Source: the human T2T-CHM13v2.0 reference genome, Homo sapiens
Strand: one strand, 5' to 3'
Length of the DNA: 64,000 nt
Assembly (NCBI RefSeq): GCF_009914755.1
Contig: NC_060932.1
Both the position numbers and the translations under genes were made by a program. How positions within the stretch are numbered: position 1 is the first letter of the stretch; every line of letters begins with the position of its first letter. Below the pieces are notes generated by a model. That model did not search any database, was not told the origin of the DNA, and worked only from the letters and a program-made list of their open reading frames with translations. Positions 1-16,619 of the stretch are shown piece after piece.

Positions 1-1655
1 ACCATAATTGAGAGTCCAGAAAAAAAGTATGTGTCTATGGTCAACTGACTTTTGACAAGAGTACCAAGACTTCAATGGGGGAAGGGATAGTCTTTTCATC
101 AAATGATGCTAGGGCAACTGAATGAATAACCAAATGCAAGGGAATGAAGTGGAGCCCCTTTCTTATATGATATGCCAAAATTAATTCAAAATGCATTAAA
201 GATCTAAATGTAAGAGCTAAAACTATAAAATTCTTAGAAGCAAACACAGGGATAAGTATTCACAATCTCATATTAGGTAATGGATTCTTAGGTATAACAC
301 CCAAACCACAAGCAACAAAAGAAATAATAGATAAATTGCACTTCATATACATTAAAACCTTTTGTACATCAAAAGAAACTGTCAAATGGTAAAAAAGCCA
401 CCCACAGTTTGGGGAAAAATGTCTGCAAACCATATACCTGACAAATGATTTGTATCTAGAATATGTGAATATGTTTTACAACTAAAATTTTAAAAAATGA
501 AATAAACCAATATACAAGCAGAAAAGGATGTGATTTAATATTTTTAAAAATATATGCAAGCAGTTAAAAAGCAGATAAAAAGATGCTCAACAGCATTAGA
601 CATTAGAGAAATGCAAAACAAAACTACAATGATATACCACTTTGTACCCAAGAACACGGATATACTAAAAAAGACACAACAAGTGTTGGTGAGGGTGTAG
701 ACAAATCAGAACTTTCTACACTGTTGGCGAGATATGACCCAGGAATTCTACGCCTAGACATATACCCAAGAGAAATGAAAATATATGTCTACACAAAAAG
801 TTGTATCTGAATGTCCATAGCAACATTTGTACTCCAAAAATTGGCAATGATCCAAATGTCCATTAGTTAATGAATGGATAAATAAAATGTGGTATATTCA
901 TACAATAAAATATTTTTCAGGAATAAAAAGAAGGAAATACCGATAACTGTTTATCTTAGTAAATTTGGGCTACTATAAAAAATTACATAGACTGAATGGC
1001 TTAAACAATAAACATTTATTTCTCATAGTTCAGAGGCTGGGAAATCCAAGATCAAGGTGCCCAACAGATTGGTGTCTGGTGAGGACCCACTTCCTGGGTT
1101 GCAAATGGCTGTCCTCTCCTTGTATCCTCGCATGGTGGGAAGAAAAAGAGGAAGCAGACTTTCTTATGATTTTTATAAAGGCACTAATCCCATTCATGTA
1201 GGTTCCACCCTCATCTAATCATATTAATAATTACCTCTCAAAGGCCTGGCCTCTAATACCATCACATTAAGGGGTACAGTTTCAACATATGAATTTAAGG
1301 GTGGACATAAATGTTCAGTCCATAACACTGCTACACCATGAATGCAATTTGAAAGTGTTATGCTACGTGAAATAATCTCTTTACAAAAGACCACACATTG
1401 TATGACTCCATTTACATGAAATGTCCTAAATAGGAAAATCTATACAGAGAAAGCAAATTAGTGGTTGTTTAGGGTTGAACAGGTGGAGGTAATTGGGGAC
1501 TGAGTGGTAATGAGTATGAGGTTTCTTTCTGAAGCAATAATATGTTCTGAAATTGGTTGTGATGATAGCTGCACAACTTTGTGAATAAATTTAAAACAAT
1601 GAACTTGTATACATTAAAGAGGTGAATTACATGGTATATGGATTACATCTTTAGA
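1..1655 (+). mobile_element. Old LINE-1 (L1MB/L1MC-type), ORF2 3' end and 3' UTR, split by an MLT1 LTR
   Basis: Degenerate L1 ORF2 C-terminal sequence (gtcaactgacttttgacaag, atatacccaagagaaatgaaaa, aatgaatggataaataaaatgtggtatat); resumes after 1332 with L1M 3' UTR. Confidence 0.85.
952..1327 (-). mobile_element. MaLR solo LTR, MLT1A-like
   Basis: tatcttagt...ggcttaaacaataaacatttatttctcatagttc...ttcagtccataaca; imperfect 5-bp TSD ctgtt (947-951) / ctgct (1328-1332). Confidence 0.85.
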
Positions 1656-1664
1656 AAATGGGTG

Positions 1665-1760
1665 GTGTGTGTGTGTGTGTGTGTATCAATAGCTAGCTAG
1701 CTAGGTAGATAAGTAGGTAGGTAGGTAGGTAGGTAGATATAGCTAGATAGATGTAGGTAT
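1665..1760. repeat. (TG)n followed by (TAGC)n/(TAGG)n microsatellites
   Basis: Read directly. Confidence 0.9.
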
Positions 1761-2260
1761 AATCTGAATAGCCCAATATTTATTTTAAAAATTTACTTTG
1801 TACCTAAACACCTATCTACAAATAAAAGTCCTGGTCCAGATGGCTTCAATGGCAAATTCATCCAAACATTTAAGGGGGAAATAATACCAAACCTACCCAA
1901 ATTCCTCCAGAAAATTGAAGAGGAGGAATCACTTCCCAAGCCACTCTGTGAGGCCAATATTGCCCTCATATGAAAACCAAAGGCATTATAATAAAACAAA
2001 ACCACAGATCAATATTTGACTTGAAACCTAGTGCAAAATCTAAAACAAAATTATGGCAAATTGTATTCAACATATACAGAAAAGGTAATATATCCTGGCT
2101 GAGTAGGTTTTATTCCAGGAATTAAAGGATGATTTAACACTTAGAAATCAATTAATGTAATTTACCATGTATGCATGTGCATGCATATGCACGCACACAT
2201 GCACACACATACACAACTATACAATCATCATAGTAGATGCAGCAAATGCATTTGACACAG
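1761..2260 (+). mobile_element. LINE-1 ORF2 fragment (start of RT region)
   Basis: ggtccagatggcttcaatggcaaattcatccaaacatttaagg matches the L1 ORF2 GPDGFT.EFYQTFK motif, degenerate. Confidence 0.8.
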
Positions 2261-2356
2261 TCTAAGTTTGTGTAAGTACACTCTGTGGTTTCACACAATG
2301 GCAAAATTGCATAATTTCTCAGAACCTATCCCCATTGTTGAGCAACACATGACTGT
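2260..2356 (+). mobile_element. Tigger3/Golem terminal fragment (TcMar DNA transposon)
   Basis: gtttgtgtaagtacactct...ttctcagaacctatccccattgttgagcaacacatgactg followed by TA. Confidence 0.7.
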
Positions 2357-2467
2357 ATATCTTTGCCCATTCTTTTAATTTTAGGCTTTTCAACTTAGTC
2401 TGCTTTGAGTGTATCTCTTGTACATACCATGGTATTGAGTTTTGCTTGATAAACCAGTTGAAAATCT

Positions 2468-8117
<5,650 letters not shown>

Positions 8118-8384
8118 TGAAAATCTTATTTAAATGACTGATGTATGTGGGCTCAACTCTTTCTTATTATCTTAAATTACAGTTTGGAATTAAATATTTC
8201 AGTTTAGGTTATAATTCCTGTGTGTACTATGTTACATTTACTATGTTTGTTTATGTGTTGTATCTTCTTTGCTACTTTTTAGAATTTACTTTGGTAGTTA
8301 GGAAGCCTTTTATTTAAATACAAAGTTACCTTTGTACTGGTATCTTTTTACAGTTTTCTCTTGTTTATTTTCTGGTGTGTCAGT

Positions 8385-8958
8385 TCTATTAGTTTTCAAT
8401 TGCTGCCATAACAAAGGACAACAATCTTAGTGACTTAAAATGAAACAAATTTATTATCTTAACAGGCTAAGATCACAGCCTAATCAGGGATGCAACCCTT
8501 TCTGGAGGCTCCAGGGGAGAATCTGTTTCCTTGCTAATGCAGATTTCTGGCAGAATTCATTCCTTGTGGTTGTAGAATTAAGGTTGCCTTATCCTTGCAA
8601 GTTGTCAGCTGAGGGTCATTCCAGCTTCCAGATGCTGCCCACATTGCTTGACATATAGCTTCCTTCCATCATCTTCACGGCCAGTGGCGCATGGAGTCCC
8701 TCTTATGCTTCAAATCTCTCCTATCTCTTCTTCCATTGTCACATCTCTCTGACTGACTGTCTGCCCTCTTATTTCACTTTTAAGAGCCCATGTGATTACA
8801 TTGGTCCCATCTGAATCATCAAGGATAATCTGTCTCTTTTAAGGCTTGTGGCATTAACCTTATCTATAACACTCCATTCGCTGTGTAATTGACATTGTCA
8901 GAAGTCTCAGGACTTAAGCATGGACATCTTTGTAAGTTATTATTCTGCCTTTCACACC
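8385..8958 (-). mobile_element. MaLR LTR, older MLT1 (MLT1E/F-like)
   Basis: tgctgccataacaaa...tctggaggctccaggggagaatctgtttccttg...catgtgattacattgg. Confidence 0.75.
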
Positions 8959-9330
8959 AGTTTTAAATAGTATTCCTTAACTCTCATTTATTACCTATAC
9001 ATCCATTAATGATCTTATTTTATTTTTAAAAATTCCTTTTCCTGACATTTATTTTAATTACATACTTTCTCAGAACACACAATGTTCACATATTATTCTT
9101 CCATTCATGTCCTCACCCATACTGACCTCACTTTTAGATTTAGATATACAAATAAACAAATTACGTCTTCATTTTTATCCTTTGCCAAAGATTTCTCTGT
9201 CATTACTTGGCAGAATGGAGCTTCCGCTCTAGAAGATTTCACCATAAGCGTATGTGAGTAGAAAGTATTCCCTAAGAACTTGCAGGTTAAAACTATTTCC
9301 ATAGCACAGATACTTCAAGATCACTTAGCT

Positions 9331-9735
9331 TGTTAGAGTAAATAAGCAGGAGATCATCAGCCTGAGGCTATTTCTGTACTTCGAGTTTCTACATAACAAA
9401 CCACAATCTAACTTAGCAAACAAACCCAAACCTAACAGGAGAGTATATTTTTTTTGTAACAAATAGCCAGGTTTCAGGCAATGACAAACAGCCAAGCTTC
9501 CACCAATCACAGGCTGCCAATTGATTAGACCACATCTAAATAAGGCAAATGCCTAGCTCTAGCCAACTATGTGATTTCTCTGCTTTCATGTTCAGCTTAC
9601 AAAGGTTTACCGTTCATGCTACTGGTGTGAGCTCTCTGTGCCCCTTCTGGTGCTAAGTGCTGCCTGTTTAATGAATTGTTCTTTGCTCAGATAAACGCTA
9701 CTAAATTTAATTGGTCTGAAGTTTTTCTTCTAACA
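9331..9735 (+). mobile_element. ERV1-class solo LTR
   Basis: TGTTA...TAACA termini, ccaatc box, perfect 4-bp TSD agct (9327-9330 / 9736-9739). Confidence 0.8.
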
Positions 9736-9738
9736 AGC

Positions 9739-10116
9739 TGTTTTAATCTGTTTTGTGCTGCTATAACAGAATACCTAAGACTAGGTCATTTGTAATAAAC
9801 AAAAATTCATTGGCATATGGTTCTGGAGGCTGAGAAGTCCAGGATTGAGGGCTGGCATCTGGAAAGAGTCTTCTTGCTATGTCGTCTGATAGTGGAAGGT
9901 AGAAGGGCAAGAGAGGGTGAGTGAGAGAGAGAAAAAAGGGGGCTGAGCTTGTACTGTTATACAGAACCCAATCCCATGACAGTGGCATTAATTCACTCAT
10001 GAGGGCAGAACCCTCATAGCCTAATTGCCTCTCAGTAGGTTCCACTTCCCAACACTGTTGCACTGGGGATTAAGTTTCCTACACATGCTTTTTGGAGGAC
10101 ACCTTCAAACTTCTAT
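9739..10116 (-). mobile_element. MaLR LTR (MST-like)
   Basis: tgtgctgctataacagaatacctaagact...ggttctggaggctgagaagtcc...gcattaattcactcatgagggcaga. Confidence 0.8.
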
Positions 10117-10364
10117 AATTCACTCTTTTGTCAGACACATTTCTTATTTTTGTGGTGGAATACTAGACATTAGGATGGGCATTGAGATATGTCATATACA
10201 TAGAGCTAATTTCAGGGGTAGAACATTTTTTCACAGAAGATGTATGAGTTGATCATACTGGAATAGTGGGTATGATGCCTGGATTCATGGAACTACAGTG
10301 GTTAGTAGAAGTATTTTAATAGCAAAGTTAATTGCACATATTTCTGATAAAATACAATTTTTGG

Positions 10365-10465
10365 CTTCTTTCTTTCTTTCTTTCTCTATTTCTCTTTCTC
10401 TCTCCTTCCTTCTCTTCCTTCTTTCCTACCTTCCTTCCTTCTTTCCTCCCTTCTCTCTCTCTTTG
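10365..10465. repeat. CT-rich low-complexity tract
   Basis: Read directly. Confidence 0.85.
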
Positions 10466-11200
10466 TGTTTATTGAAAATGCTGCTCTGCTGCTTCTGTGC
10501 TTTGTGCATTTCTTTTGAGAAGTCACATGCCAGCCTCATTTTCTTCTTACTGCTTGCTTGCTCTTTTTGTCTGGAGGCCAGATAATTTTTTTATTGCCTT
10601 TAAGATCTAATTGTTTTTCTAGGCTATGTCTCAGAGTTGATCATGCAGAATAATTTTTCTGAGGTATATCGTGTACCCATTCAATATGTAGATTTAACTT
10701 TTCTCTATTTCTAAAACATTTTCTTGAATTATAGTTTCAAATATTAGTTCTGTTTCATTGCTTCATGTTTCTTCTTCAAGGACTCCAATTACATATATAT
10801 TGAATATTCTTTTTATTCTGATTTTCAAGTGCTTCCTCTCTACCCCCTTTTTACCTCTTTATTCATTTTTAATCTTAGTTGTTTGCCTACCTTTCTTCAT
10901 TATTCTTTATTATTATATTTTACTCTATTCCACTGGAGACTTTGTAATTCATTCTTCATTTCTGAGTTGATTTTTTTTTGCCTTTCCTTTTATTTTTGCC
11001 TTGATCTTGATTAGCTTTTGTTCCATTTCTTTCTGTTTTGCACATTTGTAATCTTAGTTTTTGAATTTCGAATTCTAAGAATTTAAAAAGTATTTCTAAG
11101 ATGCTCATTTGAAGATATTTAATTCAGTTTGAAGTATCGTGTTAGCACTCTCTTCTGCTTCTTGACTGATGTTTTGTGGGGGAATTTTTATTTTCTATTT
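10465..11200 (-). mobile_element. Highly diverged L1M fragment (ORF1 region)
   Basis: tttgagaagtc...gtttcttcttcaaggactccaattacatatatattg typical of antisense old L1 ORF1. Confidence 0.55.
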
Positions 11201-11761
11201 TCTTTTTCTGGGACATTGTGTACAGTTGGTGTGTTTTTTTTCCTATTCCTAGGCATTTTATGGCCTGTGCAGTAAAATGCATTTTATTCCACGGATGATG
11301 TTGGGGAAGGAAAGTGCAAGGTTGGCATGCCTTGCCTTACAGTTCTTCATTTCTACAGGATCTTTAATTTCCTATGTTGCTTCTTTCTTTCCCTTCATTG
11401 CTGCATCCTTTAAGGGGACCACATTATTTCTATCTCCTTCTCCCCTGTAAGCATGCTTCCATGAGGCTGCTACTACCAGTCTCATTCACTTTCAAGCTAC
11501 TTCCCTGTGGCTGATGCTGTGAAATACCAAACCTCCAGCCTGTGCTGGGTATTTTAGCACTTAGTATTATTTTTCTTTCTTAGGGAGATGGGGAGGGAGG
11601 TTTTGTCTAGTTTATCTCTCTCTTCCATGCCCCTCTTTTCAGAGTCTCTTAATCCTCTGTCCCCTGATCCTTCTCTGCTTGGAGTAGCAGCTGGAGCTCA
11701 AGCTCTTTTGAAATTTGGTGTCTATTTCTCTGCTTACAGATAATCAGAAATTGGTAATAGC

Positions 11762-12087
<326 letters not shown>

Positions 12088-12639
12088 CTAAGTAATGCTG
12101 AAGGCGTGAGTTGTATATGGCATTATTTGCACTTCATGGTGATCTTAAGTGTTTGGGGGATGATGTGTGGATTTAGATTTAGCTGACTGCTATCTTTCTA
12201 AGGTCAAGCAGCACTCACCTGGCACAAGTCTTTTGACCTGTGTTAGAAAAGTGAGTTCCAGTGCCCTGATTCCTTTTCTCTTAAGGCCCAGTCATGCCTC
12301 CATTTCTTGTTCCTTTGTGTTAGCAGCTGTGAAAGGGCTTCTGTTGGGATCTGCTTTTATTTTCAGCTGCATCTAGCCATTTTCTCAATATGAGGATCTA
12401 TGAAGTAGTTATCAGCCCTTTCCTTTCATCAGGTTCAATTGACATCAAATCCAAAAAGAATGCCTCAGAAGTGGAAGTCCCTTTTGCCTAGGATCCAGCC
12501 CCCAGGCAGATTCCCCTAATTGTTCCATGCCACTTGTCCTGCAGCACTGGCAGGGAGAACTTGGAAGGAGTTCCATGCTGACTCTGCAGTCTTTCCCAAA
12601 TGCAAATAAGATACTTGTTTTGTGGGAAAGAGTTAACTG

Positions 12640-12790
12640 CCTGCCAGGTTGCCAGGCACTTATGTAGGCATTTTGAATATCAGCTTATTTAATCCATGAA
12701 CCAACTCTGAAACTGTTCAAGGGCACACAGTTGAGAAAGGCACACAACCAAATTCAAGCCCTGGTATGTTTATTCCAAATGCTCTTCCCT
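12640..12790 (-). mobile_element. MIR fragment
   Basis: tgccaggcact...tcaagggcacacag...aaattcaagccc. Confidence 0.55.
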
Positions 12791-12899
12791 ACCTCTGTTT
12801 TATATCGAATAATCATTTCAGCAAAAGGAAAGGTGTCTTCTCCAGGCATAAACACTGGCTGATCCTTTCTGTAAGGCACGTCCAAATATTCAACAATGT

Positions 12900-13192
<293 letters not shown>

Positions 13193-13217
13193 ACAAATAT
13201 TCAGCAATGCTCATGCA

Positions 13218-13231
13218 TCTATCTATCTATC

Positions 13232-13277
<46 letters not shown>
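13218..13277. repeat. (TCTA)n / GATA tetranucleotide STR
   Basis: About 14 units with one TCA interruption. Confidence 0.95.
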
Positions 13278-14559
13278 ATTCTTAAATTAGTCACAATTTG
13301 GCTGCAACCTCCACCCTGCTCTTCTTCTGGCTTCTATGGGGATGAACTCTCTGACATGTTTCTTTTTCATAATGAACAAAAACCAGTCCTCCAAAAAACC
13401 AAAAAGAGAAAATACTATGTCTTTTGTGGTATGCTCAGAGTCAGTTTAACTGGGAAAACGCTGACTGTGGAGGGAGAAGACAGCATCAATCTTCTGGGTG
13501 AAGGTCAATCTTCTGGGTGAAGGGCAAGGAACTTCACTTTCCTGGCCCTGAGATTAGCCTGTTAAAAGGAAGTATCGAGTTGGGCGACTTCTAAATGTCT
13601 TCTAGTCTCTACTACTTATGAATCCCAGTCATCTATGGCTCTCCTGCAATTTGCACAGTCATCATCCAAATGCAGATGATAGTTCACCCCTATGCTCCAC
13701 TTTATGAGAGACCAGGATTAGCTGTGGCTTAAGCTCTATTTGGTAGAATACTTGGAATGAAGGTGAATCTAAACCATTAAAAGATTTAGATTTCTGAAGA
13801 CACTGAAGGGAACTTCCTGAGGTTCTTTTAGTATTAGTAAGTATGAAAATGCTAATTAATTTATTGGCATGATTTGCTGCCTGATGAGATGACAGCACTC
13901 TGATGCTCTGAGCCTGTGAGAACTTGCTAACCTCAGGGTTCTTATAATTTAGTTTTACCTCCTGCTGAATCATTTTTCTAGTGGCATGAATCAGGTCTCA
14001 TTGGAACTCCTCTGCATTTTTTTTTTTCTAATTTCCCTGCTGAAACACATCCTGCCTGCATCTTAAAGACTAAAGATTAGGAATTTTAACTAGAGAACTG
14101 GAGAATTACTGAATGAGTAGGCAATTAGTTGCTGAAGGATGTGCCAATTGTTGTTGGAAATATAATTTCCCCCAGATTTGCAGGAAGGGATTTGGTTACA
14201 GAGTGTTCTCCACATTGGAGATTTGAGCTATTGTGCTTGCCAGGTCTTTAAATAGGCACCTGAACTTTATATTCTTGGCTCAAAACTTAAGAGACTGCAT
14301 TTTATTGTGTTAAGCCTGCCTTCAATTTTGGTCTCAAGTTTTATTGATTTATTGCCTGATAAGAAATATTTTAAAATGGCCATTTCTTCTTTACTATTTT
14401 GTAAAAATCATGTTAGTGATTCCTATAGACAGATAAATATGCCCTAAATGTTATTGCACTTTTATATTTCAGAAATTGATCATCTATCTTCTTTTAGGAA
14501 TAGAAATTGTCAAAATAGAAGGCCAATGTTCCCTATCAAAGTAAACAATTTTAGAGATA

Positions 14560-14985
14560 AAAAAAGCATCTTAGAGATGTTAGCCATCTCATTTTTGCAG
14601 ATGATGAAACCATGATGCTGGAGAGTTGAATGTCATGTTCAAGGTAACAAAGCTGGCTATTGCATAGAACCACATCTAGTGCCTCTTCAGTCTAGGGATT
14701 GTCTCCCCAAACTACATGGCCTGTCCAGCATTACTGAAGTTAATCACCTTATTATAATTTCTTTCATTGGTCTGGTGAATCAAACATTGGATGGAATTTT
14801 AAAGCCTGGCTCTGAGCCCTGCCTGACTTTTCAACTTGCTAATTGTGTGATACTAAGCCTCAATCTTGGAGCCATTTATTTTTCATCTGTAAGGCAAGGA
14901 TAAGAATATTGACATTGCAGAACTGGTAGAGCAATGAAATGAGGCAATATTTGAGAAAGCATAAGCCGAAAAATTGTGTACAAAT
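14560..14985. mobile_element. Two MIR fragments in opposite orientation
   Basis: ttttgcagatgatgaaac...ttcaaggtaac and tgtgatactaag...tttttcatctgtaagg core motifs. Confidence 0.55.
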
Positions 14986-15135
14986 ACCAGTGAAGGGTAT
15001 CTATGGTTGCCTATATTATAGATTATTTTGGTTGCCTATCTATAGAATTATTTTATAGATGATTTTATTGACATCAATAATTTCAGTGAAATAAGCCAGG
15101 AACAGAAGGACAAATAACTCATGATATCACATACA

Positions 15136-15787
15136 CAGATGACCCCCAACTTACAATGGTTCGACTTAGGATTTTTTTGATTTCACAATGGTGCCAAAGC
15201 AATACACATTCACTAGAAACTGTGCTTTAGTACAGTATTTAATGAATTACATTTAGATATTTGGCACCTCATTATAAAATAGGCTTTGTGTTAGATGATT
15301 TTGCCCCAGTGTATGTAGGCTGATGTAAATGTTGTGAGCATGTTTAATTTAGGCAAGGCTGGCCGGGCATGGTGGCTCACGCCTGTAATCCCAGCACTTT
15401 GGGAGGCCGAGACGGACCTCCTGACGGAGGTCAGGAGATCGAGACCATCCCGGCTAACACAGTGAAACCCCGTCTCTACTAAAAACACAAAAAATTAGCC
15501 GGGCGTGATGGTGGGCACCTGTAGTCCCAGCTACTCGGGAGGCTGAGGCAAGAGAATGGCGTGACCCCAGGAGGCGGAGCTGGCAGTGAGCCGAGATCGC
15601 GCCACAGCTTGGGCGACGGAGCGAGACTCCATCTCAAAAAAATATAAGGAAAAAAAAAAAAGTTAGGCAAGGCTAAGCTATGGTGTTTGGTAGGTTAGGT
15701 GTATTCAGTGCATTTTCAGCTTATGATACTTTCAACTTATAATGGTTTTATCAGGACATAACCCCACCATAAGTCAAGAAGCCTCTG
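15136..15787 (-). mobile_element. MER47A-like Tigger MITE, split by an Alu
   Basis: Terminal inverted repeats cagatgacccccaacttacaatgg ... ccataagtcaagaagcctctg followed by TA. Confidence 0.8.
15361..15661 (+). mobile_element. AluY-type with internal rearrangements
   Basis: CpG-rich dimer; TSD ttaggcaaggct (15349-15360 / 15663-15674). Confidence 0.95.
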
Positions 15788-16619
15788 TACGTGGAATCCA
15801 CAGAAGTTAAACTCATAGAAACAGAGAGTAAAATGGTGGTTACCAGAAATGGGGGTTGAGGGGTTTGAAAGGATGTTAGTCAAAATATACAAAATTTTAG
15901 ATAAAAAATACCTGAAGGAATAAATTCAAGAGAAGTAAGTTCAAGAGCTCTACTGTTCATCACAGAGTTAATAACAATATATTATATACTTGAAATTGCT
16001 AAGAGAGTAGATTTTAAATGTTCTCACCACAAAATAATGATAAGTATGTGACGTAATGCATGTGTTAAATAGCTCGATTTAGCCACTCTTCAATGTATAC
16101 ATATATCAAAACATCGTAGTTGTACACCTGACATATATGCAATTTTTACTTGTTAATTAAAGAGAGAGGGAGAGAGATTTTACATCGAACTCCCTCTGTA
16201 GCTTAGATAATGATTCTAAAAGGGAGTTACTGCTTATCCCCCTGTTGCCCAAGGAATAGCTGTCAAGAGAGAAAATCATGTATATGAAGAGCTTAGTCAA
16301 ATCAGTTGGCAGTTTTAATAATCATACTTTTTCAATCACCCTGATTGTTTGGCTTACTCAGGATCAGATCTTTCCTGACATTGGTTATTCCTTGAAAGCT
16401 GCAATCTGTATCTTATTCAGTGTTCGCTATAAACATAATAAATGCTCTGTAATTTACGTTATATGTAAAGTATGGAGGTTGTCTTTTCAACAGGCCATCG
16501 CCAACAAAGTCTGGGATGGCGCTTTCTTAAGTGTGAAAGGAATTTGAAACAACCAAGCTGATCAATGAGTCTGGGCGTCAAAATAGTCAAATCAGTAGGT
16601 CACATCATTTCATCACACT

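Larger units (their letters stand above)
15075..16160 (+). mobile_element. L1MA-type 3' end, split by MER47A and an Alu
   Basis: gtgaaataagccaggaacagaaggacaaata...aattgctaagagagtagattttaaatgttctcaccacaaa. Confidence 0.85.

Noticed and set aside
10298-11014. Hydrophobic, membrane-protein-like ORFs (also 45161-45496)
   Set aside because: They arise from CT-rich low-complexity and T-rich antisense L1 sequence.
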